Part shown: positions 1 to 9,186 of the stretch, one piece after another
Layout of the letters: each line of letters begins with the position of its first letter
Position numbering within the stretch: position 1 is the stretch's first letter
Source: an uncultured Clostridiaceae bacterium
Lineage (GTDB): Bacteria; Bacillota; Clostridia; Monoglobales; Firm-18
Assembly: GCA_964455565.1 (NCBI GenBank)
Contig: CAYVWT010000003.1
Location: 1 to 51,173, forward strand
Direction: 5' to 3'
DNA: 51,173 nucleotides
Notes under the pieces: generated by a model
Told to the model about the DNA's origin: nothing
Seen by the model: the letters and a program-made list of their open reading frames with translations, nothing else
The model's database searches: none
Position numbers and translations under genes: made by a program

Positions 1-41
1 ACCACCCAGTATATTCGGCAATTGTTTTACCTCATCCAATA

Positions 42-1862
42 TTAGCATACATTCCTGCCTGCATATTCTGTATACACAAAGCAGGTTTCACATTTATTGC
101 CATGTGCAATACAAAGGTTCCCGTTTACTTCCCAACATTTTTTATCGTATTGGAATTTAACCGGGCATTTATTGCAAATTTCACCCGAAACAAACCTCAT
201 ATTCCAGCAATAATCAAGCGAACAGTCGTTACTTGCTTTTTCTTTTCGTGTTCTATTAAGCCAAGAAAGCAGTGCATTAACAACATTTGAATCAAGCTGA
301 GTGCCTGAAACCTGTTTAATTGCATCTATCGCTTCATCATAGGTGCTTGCATCTCTGAAATTTCTGGGTGAGATTTTAGCAACGAAAAATTGTGCAATAG
401 CAAGCACTTTAGCGCCTATTGGTATATCATTGTCCTTAATTCCATAAGGGTAGCCACATCCATCAATTCTCTCGTGATGGTAGCGTATCATATTTGCAAC
501 CTTTACATCCCCATTTATGGCTTCTATTATATCTGCACCAACCTCTGAATGAAGCTTTATTACTTCATAATCATACTCTGAATATTTTCCTTTTGCAAGG
601 AATATATCGTAGGATAATGCAGCAATACCTATATTACTTAAATATGCCGCTAATTCAATATCACGAATTTCGTTCATCGGAAGCTTTAACTCATTTGCAA
701 TTCCACTCGCATAATACTCCATTAAGCTTGAAAACCCTAATGTATATGGGCTTAAATCATCAACCAAAGTGGAAATTAGCTTCAAGGTTTTTATGCTGTC
801 GTTGGAATTATCCGCAATTCTCAAAGGATTTTTAAACACCTCGGCTATTTTAGAAAACATCAACAGAAGAGAGCTAATTTGATAAGAATCCATATCATAA
901 ATCTGGTCATACCAAAAACCTGCAATTCCTGGGTTCTTACCATAACAAACATTAAATAAAATTAGTTGACGTGCTCCCTCTGAAGCTAAATATACAGGAA
1001 TCCTTTCAAAATTACTATCATTTTTGCTTATTATAGCTACTTTTTTATCTCCAAGAAATTCTTTTAAATAAAGGTGTAGGTCAGAGTCATATTTAAACAT
1101 TAGCTCACATTCATTTGAAAAGCCTGCATTTACCATTAGCTCAATTCCGTCATCTTCTTGGTTAAGGAAAAATCCACCTTTTGCTGAAATAGTTTTTGCA
1201 AACAGCCCAATTGCCATTTTATATATTCCTTCGCCGTTGATAATGCTGACGATACTTCTTATAGCCTGTTTTGATGTCTCGAGAATTTTTATTTTATTGT
1301 TCAATTGTTCTATGGATAAAACCATTGTCACAACAGGCTCGAGCTGTTTTGAAATATTTTGTAATCGGGCTTTAACTTTTCTGTTTAACGAAAATTTTGA
1401 CCTAAATTTAAGTTGAATAAGTGCATTTTCCCCCTTTACAGGAACATTTAAAATCTTTTCCTTATCAACTTCTATTATACCTATTTCACTTTTAACATCT
1501 TCGATGCTTATTCCAAGTGGGAAAACATGCCTCATTTTTTTATGAGGTATAAGCCCAGAATACGCCACATTAAGCTTGTCATCAGGCTCATTTTTAAACC
1601 GCACAGACCTCAATGAAAACTGAGATTTTTTTGAATCAGTCAAATAAAATGCATATTCATCAGCCTTTATTACAGATGAAATCATTTTAAATACTAAATT
1701 AACAGTTTCGTTTGTATTGTTAGCCTTTACGCAACAATCTATAATGCCATCATTAATTTTTTTCTCTTCCTTCACTTTTTTATCACTATTAATAAAAAGA
1801 GCTACTAATATTGCTACCACAACGGCTAACGCAAACACAATATAATAATAAATATCAATCAT
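42..1862 (-). CDS. Membrane-anchored protein with a degenerate HD-GYP domain and a C-terminal Cys-rich tail (candidate c-di-GMP receptor rather than an active phosphodiesterase)
   Basis: Track ORF 42..1877. The first ATG (1862) lies 8 nt after GGAGG, and the TTG at 1877 sits inside that RBS. The upstream gene stops at 1880-1882. There is one N-terminal TM helix (IYYYIVFALAVVVAILVALFI) and a long middle region that is GAF-like by architecture only (unverified). The family signature HHERIDGCGYPYG is present. Expected metal-ligand positions are substituted: H->F (SPYTLGFSS), HD dyad->SN (AAYLSNIGI, codons AGT AAT at 633-638), distal D->Q (LAIAQFFVA). The last 60 aa (nt 45-224) carry 9 Cys, including CNKC and CETC. 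Confidence 0.75.
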   Translation of the reverse strand: MIDIYYYIVFALAVVVAILVALFINSDKKVKEEKKINDGIIDCCVKANNTNETVNLVFKMISSVIKADEYAFYLTDSKKSQFSLRSVRFKNEPDDKLNVAYSGLIPHKKMRHVFPLGISIEDVKSEIGIIEVDKEKILNVPVKGENALIQLKFRSKFSLNRKVKARLQNISKQLEPVVTMVLSIEQLNNKIKILETSKQAIRSIVSIINGEGIYKMAIGLFAKTISAKGGFFLNQEDDGIELMVNAGFSNECELMFKYDSDLHLYLKEFLGDKKVAIISKNDSNFERIPVYLASEGARQLILFNVCYGKNPGIAGFWYDQIYDMDSYQISSLLLMFSKIAEVFKNPLRIADNSNDSIKTLKLISTLVDDLSPYTLGFSSLMEYYASGIANELKLPMNEIRDIELAAYLSNIGIAALSYDIFLAKGKYSEYDYEVIKLHSEVGADIIEAINGDVKVANMIRYHHERIDGCGYPYGIKDNDIPIGAKVLAIAQFFVAKISPRNFRDASTYDEAIDAIKQVSGTQLDSNVVNALLSWLNRTRKEKASNDCSLDYCWNMRFVSGEICNKCPVKFQYDKKCWEVNGNLCIAHGNKCETCFVYTEYAGRNVC

Positions 1863-1879
1863 AATAACTACCTCCAAGA

Positions 1880-3997
1880 TTATTGAGCTAAATTAATTGG
1901 CTTTGTACCATCTTGTTTTAGCTTGTATATTTTTAGTACATCATTTTCCCAATAAACTTCAAAATTCTCTTCTTGCTGGATTTTTTGCTGAATGTAATTT
2001 TCTATCCAATAATATGCCTTTGCCTCAACAATCCTGCGATTTTTATAATTAGTGTAGAACTTTTCATATGCCGCTCCCACGTCTGGGAAAGGTTGATTAT
2101 AATCCTCTTCAGATAGTGGGTTTGTTAAAACATACGGTTGTGCCTGATTAAGTGGCCGCTTTTCAATAAAAACAAATACATAGTCGGTTGGGAACTCAAT
2201 TTTTGCTTTTGGTTTAACTTGAGTTTCTTCAACGAATTGCCATAAATTATAATGCCATCCATACCCTAAGCTTTGTTGGTATTGTTCTACGGGTGATATT
2301 ATAGTCCAATTCAAAAGTGGAAATTCCGACTTAATTTTGTAATATGCATACGCTGCCTCGTCATATTCAAGCTTTGCTCCCACAGGCATAAGCTGTTTAT
2401 AATCCTGCGCTTGAAAAACCGTCATAATTATTAGTGCACCCATAGCAATTTTCACGATATATTTAATAAGCTTATGAAATGGGAAAAACTCAATAATATA
2501 AATTGCCATTGCAAATAAAACTACGACAATAACACCAAAAAATGTGCTTGCACGGGAAAATTCCATAACAGATGGAAAACCTACGTCTATTGAGCGAACC
2601 TGCGTGTATGTAAAGGCAGATAATACAACAAACATAACGAAAAGCTTCATTTTCCCTGTGTATTCCGGGGTTTTTTTGAAAAATATTCGTAAAAGTGCAT
2701 ACGCCAATATTACTATACCAAATATCATAAACAATTTCATAGCTGGATTTGTTTCAACGTATCTAAATATTTCTTCCTTCCAGTTAAGCTTAACGCTAGT
2801 CGTAGCGCTCTCTACAACGAAACCGAGTGACAATGCGTGGAATTTCATACCCATCGAAAGCGCAATTCCAATCGGAAGTAAACTGATTATAGTCGCAAAG
2901 CCCATTGACGCTAAAAGCTGTACGAATGTTTTGCCTTGAAATACCTTGTTAACATTGAGGATTGCAAGAATTACATATCCAATAACAAGGAACAGCGCTA
3001 CATAAAAGTGGATAAACATAGTAACAGCCAAAACCTCTGCCGCTAATATCATATATGTTTTTTTGTTTGTTGTAAAAAATAAATTTAAAAAATAAAACCC
3101 AGGTAGCAAAAATATTGTAGCATACTCCTGTGGAAGTGCAGACATTTGCCTCCAAATATTGTTTGAAGCATTTGGTAGTTCTGTGCCTAATACATACGCT
3201 GCCACGCCGATGAATATAATTAGGTATTGATTTTTAAAGCTCTTTTTTAGTATGTAATAAATTGAAAGAACTATTAAAAAGCTACCCATACCACCAAAAA
3301 ACCTTACTATAACCACAGGGTCTAAGAAAAATAGTTTGCTAATTGCAGAAATTATAGCCTCGTAACCGTATGGATATACTCCATCTTGGTAGATGCTGTT
3401 TATACCCAAATATTTCGTCCACGCTAAATGAACGTAACAGTCTGATGCGCCATAATAAAGAAACTCAAACGAATGTCTAAACCTAATTATAGCGGCAATA
3501 ATGAAAATTCCAAAGAGCAAAATGCCCGCAAAAGGATGCACAAAAAAATGTATGAAAGCATTTTTCAGTCTATCTGGCAACGCCTTTAAATATGCTTTTG
3601 CATATTTTTTTGGTCCACCCAAAAGCCCGGATTTACCATCTACTAAGTCCAAAGAAATAGAAAAAAACCCAACCTCTTCCTCTTTTACTTTATCAGTTTT
3701 AATTGAATAATTTTTGCGAATTGCAAAATATGCAATAAGCAAGGCAATTATTGCAATTGTTAAAGAAATTGTTTCGTAAATTCTAAACAAAACAAGTAAG
3801 TGAACTAAAACAATTATCGCAAAATTAGAATGAGTTAGTGATATAAATACTCTATCCGTCCAATCGTCGGATAATTCATCAAAGGTAACAGCCTTCGAAG
3901 GTATAAATATATATAATATGTAAAAAGCAAGTACAACTTTTAGAAAAAGAATTATTGTAAATTGCAACGGAAACATCATATCACCTCTTCTTTTCAA
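1880..3997 (-). CDS. Large polytopic membrane protein (over 12 predicted TM helices) with a C-terminal soluble domain; possible GT-C-type or polymer-modifying transferase, function unverified
   Basis: 705-aa ORF, hydrophobic throughout. An acidic cluster follows TM1 (FDELSDDWTD). The roughly 170-aa hydrophilic C-terminus is homologous to that of the adjacent 4010..6001 product (NWTIISPVEQYQQSLGYGWHYN vs QWMIISFQEGYTLAFGNGFHMN; DYVFVFIEKRP vs EDIFIFYEKNI). Only 2 nt separate it from the downstream gene's RBS. Confidence 0.6.
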   Translation of the reverse strand: MKRRGDMMFPLQFTIILFLKVVLAFYILYIFIPSKAVTFDELSDDWTDRVFISLTHSNFAIIVLVHLLVLFRIYETISLTIAIIALLIAYFAIRKNYSIKTDKVKEEEVGFFSISLDLVDGKSGLLGGPKKYAKAYLKALPDRLKNAFIHFFVHPFAGILLFGIFIIAAIIRFRHSFEFLYYGASDCYVHLAWTKYLGINSIYQDGVYPYGYEAIISAISKLFFLDPVVIVRFFGGMGSFLIVLSIYYILKKSFKNQYLIIFIGVAAYVLGTELPNASNNIWRQMSALPQEYATIFLLPGFYFLNLFFTTNKKTYMILAAEVLAVTMFIHFYVALFLVIGYVILAILNVNKVFQGKTFVQLLASMGFATIISLLPIGIALSMGMKFHALSLGFVVESATTSVKLNWKEEIFRYVETNPAMKLFMIFGIVILAYALLRIFFKKTPEYTGKMKLFVMFVVLSAFTYTQVRSIDVGFPSVMEFSRASTFFGVIVVVLFAMAIYIIEFFPFHKLIKYIVKIAMGALIIMTVFQAQDYKQLMPVGAKLEYDEAAYAYYKIKSEFPLLNWTIISPVEQYQQSLGYGWHYNLWQFVEETQVKPKAKIEFPTDYVFVFIEKRPLNQAQPYVLTNPLSEEDYNQPFPDVGAAYEKFYTNYKNRRIVEAKAYYWIENYIQQKIQQEENFEVYWENDVLKIYKLKQDGTKPINLAQ

Positions 3998-4009
3998 ATA
4001 ATAATGCGA

Positions 4010-6001
4010 TTACTCGCCATCCCATATTCTTCGCTTCATATCTTCCTTATCTAACTCTTGATGAATTTCCCATATTTCAAGGTCATCATCACTGCTATAC
4101 AAACTTATATTGCTATGAGTACTTTGATATTTTTCAATCCATTGCGAAAGCCTTATATTTTCTTCCAGCTTTGCTTGATACTCTTCACTTTCAACATCTG
4201 CATTATTGCTAAATATATTTTTTTCATAAAATATGAATATATCCTCTGTTTTAAGCACCTTATTAGGCTCTACAGTATAATCTACAAGCTTTTCCTCCTC
4301 GGGGTTATATATATTAATAAAATCACTAATATTCATATGAAATCCATTGCCAAAAGCAAGCGTATATCCCTCTTGAAAGCTAATTATCATCCACTGTGTG
4401 GGGCGAAATGTTTTGGATATTCTAAGGTATTGTTCAACCGTACTGCTGTGCTCTACTTTTCGCGGTATAATTGGAGCCTGTGGCAAATAAGTTAATATCA
4501 ATGCTATTGTTGCGATTAATATTGAATATCCAATAAGTCTACCTTTTATTATTAGCCCAATAAAATCTAAAATTACTACAATTCCAAATGATACTATTAT
4601 AGGTATTAGAAGTGACCAAAGGGTGCTTGCGCTTTCTACCAAATAGCTACTGCTTGTAAATAAAGCTCCATAATAATATGCTAAAAATGAAATTATAGAA
4701 AAAATCAAAACCCATAATTTAGCTATAAACAATTTCTTGTTTTTAAATGCAGGGATTAGGCTAATGAATACTAAAAGAATACAGCCTATTGCGATATAAT
4801 CAAATACTCTAAGATTTATCATTTTAACTTCATCTAAATATGTATAAATCATATTCATAGACGCAGTATTAAATGGCTTACCCATTAAAAAGCCTATAAC
4901 CATAGGCATTATCGATAATATTGCAGAAATTAACATTATAACAAATACTTCAAAAACTTTGTATATTTTGTTTTTTGCATCCCTTATAATATTGGCAAAT
5001 AATAATGATATAAGCCCTATACCAAGAAACACAAACGCCAAAGGATGGATTAAACCAATCACAGTTGCCCCCAAAGAAGCAACTAAAAAATCTTCCCACC
5101 TTGAATTATTGATAAAATCATAATAAAAATATAAAACAGGGAATATAAATACAAATGCAAATTGCTGAGGGTTTGCAGCCACAAGTGACGGCATTACATT
5201 TATAAACATACTTCCAAGCATACCATAAATAACAATAGAAAAAATTCCACCTATTTTGCTTTTAATAGTCCTTGATATAAAAAAGTACATTCCGAGGGCT
5301 ATCATAAGGCTGTTAACAGGGCCAGCAAAATTAACGATATATACTTGGTCCATTAGTGCAAATTTGTGAAGCGTTTCTAAAAATATATAGAACCCTTGGG
5401 GGTAAATATCCCCTGCAAATAGAATCCTATATGCTATGTATTTCATCCACAAAAGTGATGTAAATGTTTCACTTGCCGCTGGTGCGATATTTGTAAAAGT
5501 GCTAAATAAATACAAATATCCAGAATATGCAAGTAGCAACGCTACAAGCATTGTGTGAAGAAAAACCCAGCCATCTCCAAAATAATTTGATATTATTACG
5601 TTCGCTCTTTCTGTTTTCTCATCAAATAATTGCAGTAGCTTTCTTTCTATTCTTTCTATTCTTTCAATATGGTTTATAAAAAGAATATTTAAAATATCCT
5701 TCATATCTTTTATAATATCGCCAGAAGCAATTCTAAGCTTATAGTATTTATAGGCAACACTTAAAATAAGAACTGCAACCATAGTAATACCTTCAAATAG
5801 CTTTAACAAAACAGTAATATATCCGAAAACTATTACCCAAAACATCATTTTTACATAATTTGCAACAATGCTTTTTGTAATATCCTCTTTGTCATAAATA
5901 AAAACAAATCTTGGAACAATAACAAAAAGCAAAGTATAAGTGAAAATATATTTAATGAAACATATTATTATGTCTGTGGATAGCCCCTGCAAATATATCA
6001 C
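4010..6001 (-). CDS. Large polytopic membrane protein, tandem paralogue of 1880..3997
   Basis: 663-aa ORF with the same architecture as its neighbour: multi-TM N-terminal part plus a soluble C-terminal domain. Shared blocks include ASETFTSLLWMKYI..GDIYPQGF vs ASDCYVHLAWTKYL..DGVYPYGY. It contains an in-frame 9-nt tandem repeat encoding IERIERIER. Confidence 0.6.
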   Translation of the reverse strand: MIYLQGLSTDIIICFIKYIFTYTLLFVIVPRFVFIYDKEDITKSIVANYVKMMFWVIVFGYITVLLKLFEGITMVAVLILSVAYKYYKLRIASGDIIKDMKDILNILFINHIERIERIERKLLQLFDEKTERANVIISNYFGDGWVFLHTMLVALLLAYSGYLYLFSTFTNIAPAASETFTSLLWMKYIAYRILFAGDIYPQGFYIFLETLHKFALMDQVYIVNFAGPVNSLMIALGMYFFISRTIKSKIGGIFSIVIYGMLGSMFINVMPSLVAANPQQFAFVFIFPVLYFYYDFINNSRWEDFLVASLGATVIGLIHPLAFVFLGIGLISLLFANIIRDAKNKIYKVFEVFVIMLISAILSIMPMVIGFLMGKPFNTASMNMIYTYLDEVKMINLRVFDYIAIGCILLVFISLIPAFKNKKLFIAKLWVLIFSIISFLAYYYGALFTSSSYLVESASTLWSLLIPIIVSFGIVVILDFIGLIIKGRLIGYSILIATIALILTYLPQAPIIPRKVEHSSTVEQYLRISKTFRPTQWMIISFQEGYTLAFGNGFHMNISDFINIYNPEEEKLVDYTVEPNKVLKTEDIFIFYEKNIFSNNADVESEEYQAKLEENIRLSQWIEKYQSTHSNISLYSSDDDLEIWEIHQELDKEDMKRRIWDGE

Positions 6002-6014
6002 TCCAAGTTATTTA

Positions 6015-7622
6015 TTATGATTGAAAATATATATAATAGTCTAAATTTCTAAATAATTCGAGTATTTTCCGTGAGCTTAATATTAAAAATACTATTGAAC
6101 CAACCAAAAGCCCAAATATTGAATAATAATAGCTAAACCACCTACTAAGCACAAACCCAATAATAATATTTGCCACAAGAGAAATAAGTACTGCCCTGCT
6201 TGCCATTTCGGGCTGTGACATAGAAAACAGCGTAACACAATTCATAAGCGCAACAGATATTATTGAATAGCTAATTAGTCCAACTATAAAAACAAAATGT
6301 GTCACATAGCTCTCTAAAAAGCCACTTCTAAAACCTTCTATTGGGTAACGGTCAAAGTAAAACACAACCAAATATGTAAAAAGTGCACTTATAACTGATA
6401 TAATTGCTACATAAATAAGGCGTCTGAAATAAATTTTCCTAAACACAGTATCGATTCTAAAAGCATCCTTGCCATAAGCATTTCTTTGCTTTTCGGATAG
6501 CTCGTCCATTAGCTTACTAACAACAACCTCACACGCACCCATTGGAACAATTAGCATTAAAAGTGCAAAATCAAGCCCTAATTCATACGCACCTCTAAAC
6601 CAAATGATATATGGCATATACGAATTATTTGTAGACCAACCAATTATTCTATCCATAAATAAAAATGCAAAATATAAAAATCCATAAGCAAAAAATGGAT
6701 ATGTAGTGTAAAGCGTAATTGATTTTTTGGGAAGAGCAGGCTCTAACCCCTTCCCCATTTTACTTTCTTCCTTGTGGAAAAAATATAGAACCAACAAAAT
6801 ACCTGCTATGGAAACTATAAATAGTGCAATTATCTGAGAAACAATAATATTAAGATTTAGTACCTTGAAAAGCAAATATACTATTGCAATACCTGCAACA
6901 ATAAGACCAGTAAAAGTAAACTCTCTCTCTAAAATATACATTACCGTAACCGAAAACCAAATTGCACACAAGAAAATATAGTATAGTAAAATTACCATCA
7001 TCATTTTAAATGTAAAAGCCTCGAAAACACTATTGAATAGGAAAAATACAAGTGAAACCACTATGGTTAAAATATAGCCTAATTTTATAAAATACATAGT
7101 TATTTTCCGTGCCAAATTGAAATAACCTTGCCGTATATACATAAATCCTCTTCTTGCGATTGCCTGCATAAACCCACCAACGGTTAAAAAACTAAATATT
7201 GTACCAATAGCTATACAGGTTGCAAGCTCGACAGATAAATATTCATACGACCAAAGCGAAAAACGAAGTGTAAGCATAGCGATAACTGAAATCGCCATAG
7301 GAATTGCGAAAATTACCCCTCTTATAAAGCTTTTAAAAACAATGCCTGCCTTATGTACTAAGGAGTTCTTTTTTTCATCTGCAAACGAAGAAAAGTTAAC
7401 GTCATCATTAACCACATTAAATATTTCAAGGGCCAACTCGAAAACATCAGTCATACCAAATATATTAAGAACTCTACCATCACTCCATCCAATAGACTCT
7501 AAAATGGCGGCAATTTCATAATGATTTTCGGGATACGGCTGTTTTTCCAGCACCTCGCCTATTAAGTTATTAAAGGTTGTTTCTAACCGTTCAGCATTAA
7601 CATTTTTTTCAAAACGAATCAT
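6015..7622 (-). CDS. Polytopic membrane protein with a roughly 100-aa cytoplasmic N-terminal domain; possible exporter, family not recognised
   Basis: 535-aa ORF. The N-terminal 100 aa are hydrophilic (…HYEIAAILESIGWSDGRVLNIFGMTDVFELA…) and are followed by about 10-12 hydrophobic segments. It sits where a PelG-type exporter would be expected downstream of the PelF-like gene. I could not confirm PelG homology by eye. Confidence 0.45.
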   Translation of the reverse strand: MIRFEKNVNAERLETTFNNLIGEVLEKQPYPENHYEIAAILESIGWSDGRVLNIFGMTDVFELALEIFNVVNDDVNFSSFADEKKNSLVHKAGIVFKSFIRGVIFAIPMAISVIAMLTLRFSLWSYEYLSVELATCIAIGTIFSFLTVGGFMQAIARRGFMYIRQGYFNLARKITMYFIKLGYILTIVVSLVFFLFNSVFEAFTFKMMMVILLYYIFLCAIWFSVTVMYILEREFTFTGLIVAGIAIVYLLFKVLNLNIIVSQIIALFIVSIAGILLVLYFFHKEESKMGKGLEPALPKKSITLYTTYPFFAYGFLYFAFLFMDRIIGWSTNNSYMPYIIWFRGAYELGLDFALLMLIVPMGACEVVVSKLMDELSEKQRNAYGKDAFRIDTVFRKIYFRRLIYVAIISVISALFTYLVVFYFDRYPIEGFRSGFLESYVTHFVFIVGLISYSIISVALMNCVTLFSMSQPEMASRAVLISLVANIIIGFVLSRWFSYYYSIFGLLVGSIVFLILSSRKILELFRNLDYYIYFQS

Positions 7623-7635
7623 TTATTAGTCCCCA

Positions 7636-8697
7636 TTACTGTTGAAGTGTCATATTTATTATAAGCTCAGGTAATTTTGATTCTCTTTCTGCTACAATTA
7701 TATCTTCCTCGGTTAAAACCCTACCCTTAGGTATTACAATATTATTATTACTGTCTAACAAGTCTTCCCCTGCAATTTTGCCAAGTATTAAAGCATTACG
7801 CATTTTCTTAATATCGTCATCACTTGAATTAATCTCTTCACTTGTATCGCTAAAATTATCGTCCATTGGTATTTCTTCTTCGGTATTTTCAAAATCGTAT
7901 AAATTCTCGTACTCATCAAACTTATCGGAATAGTCGATGTCACTATTTAAAAAATCTAATTCGTCATCAAAAGTTTTGGTATGGGTAGATTTTTTGGGTA
8001 TCTGCACCTTATTTTCTTCAACTTCTTCCTTGCTTAAATATTTATTTTTAAAGGCAAATAGCTTTTGGATAGTATCTAAGGAGCTTCCGTCTGCCGTGGT
8101 TCTTCTTGCCCCATCTTTTTCTAATATCGATTTTTCTTCGATCATTTTTCCTTCGAACAATTCTATTACATTTTTATTTGTCTTAGCAACATTTTCGGGA
8201 CTGCGGTTTACTTTTGACTTATCCTTTATTTTAGAAGTAACATCATCAACATTTTCTTTTAATAGCTTAACGACATCCCCTAATAATGATTCTATTTTTG
8301 CCTTGTTTTCCTCAATTTCTTGGCGAAGTCTTTCTGCTATTTTATCATATTCGACTAATTTATCATAGCTTTTTTCCATCAATTGATTTGCTTCTTCATC
8401 TGCCAACATATTTATAAGCGCAATAGTTTTTTCAATACGTTTTAATGCATTATCCATCACTTCATTTGATAATGGTGACTCTCCTACAACTTCATCCTCG
8501 TAAACTATTTCCTCTTTTTTAGAGGCTTGAAGCTCTGAAAGCAATTTATTTTTATCCTTATAAAGCTTATCAATTTCCTCTGATAAATCATTTATATCTT
8601 TACTTTGTTTTTTTGTTAGGTTGTCAAAGTAAGTGTCTACATCTGACTTATTTAAACCAAAAAACTTAGTTGGAATATTAAACCTAAGACCTCTCAT
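7636..8697 (-). CDS. DivIVA-like coiled-coil protein with an acidic linker and a small C-terminal domain
   Basis: AGGAGGTG RBS 5 nt upstream of the ATG at 8697. The N-terminus FNIPTKFFGLNKSDVDTYFDNL fits the DivIVA/GpsB N-terminal pattern (F..GY...EVD.FL). K/E-rich heptad coiled coil follows. The first roughly 150 aa are paralogous to the N-terminus of the 13451..15340 product. Confidence 0.65.
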   Translation of the reverse strand: MRGLRFNIPTKFFGLNKSDVDTYFDNLTKKQSKDINDLSEEIDKLYKDKNKLLSELQASKKEEIVYEDEVVGESPLSNEVMDNALKRIEKTIALINMLADEEANQLMEKSYDKLVEYDKIAERLRQEIEENKAKIESLLGDVVKLLKENVDDVTSKIKDKSKVNRSPENVAKTNKNVIELFEGKMIEEKSILEKDGARRTTADGSSLDTIQKLFAFKNKYLSKEEVEENKVQIPKKSTHTKTFDDELDFLNSDIDYSDKFDEYENLYDFENTEEEIPMDDNFSDTSEEINSSDDDIKKMRNALILGKIAGEDLLDSNNNIVIPKGRVLTEEDIIVAERESKLPELIINMTLQQ

Positions 8698-8726
8698 TTT
8701 GACACCTCCTCTTTACCAAATAATTA

Positions 8727-9158
8727 TTAATAACCTTTTGCAATAGAATCGATATAATCTATAAGGTTTTGCAAATCTGTTTTCATTTCATTTGCTTTTT
8801 TCTCTCGAATAAGAATTAAAGACTTCCTCTTTTCTAATTTCATCGCAACATTTTTCTGTACTTTTATTACTTTGTCGGTAGATTTAATATGAGCATCAAA
8901 CAGGGCCTTCGCAATTTCCTTTTGCTCTTTCCCCTCCACATCATCACGATGAACGACACGCTTTTTCACTACCACAGACCTATTATTTTTGTTATACTCT
9001 ATCTGTTCGTGTAATTCATCAATCTCTTTTTTCAGCTCTTGTATCTTGTCTTCTAACTCTTTTTTCTTTTCTTCAAATTCAAGATTTAACTTATCTATGC
9101 TTTTTTCAACTTCAGAAGCACTATAACCAAATAATGAAACTCGCTGAGTTATCTGCAT
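8727..9158 (-). CDS. Small DivIVA-like coiled-coil protein
   Basis: The ATG at 9158 lies 6 nt after GGAGGTG, and the track start (GTG at 9167) is inside the RBS. The N-terminus VSLFGYSASEVEKSIDKL is followed by a K/E coiled coil (EEKKKELEDKIQELKKEIDELHEQ). Confidence 0.6.
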   Translation of the reverse strand: MQITQRVSLFGYSASEVEKSIDKLNLEFEEKKKELEDKIQELKKEIDELHEQIEYNKNNRSVVVKKRVVHRDDVEGKEQKEIAKALFDAHIKSTDKVIKVQKNVAMKLEKRKSLILIREKKANEMKTDLQNLIDYIDSIAKGY

Positions 9159-9186
9159 GAAGTTCACCTCCTATTTATATTTTAAA

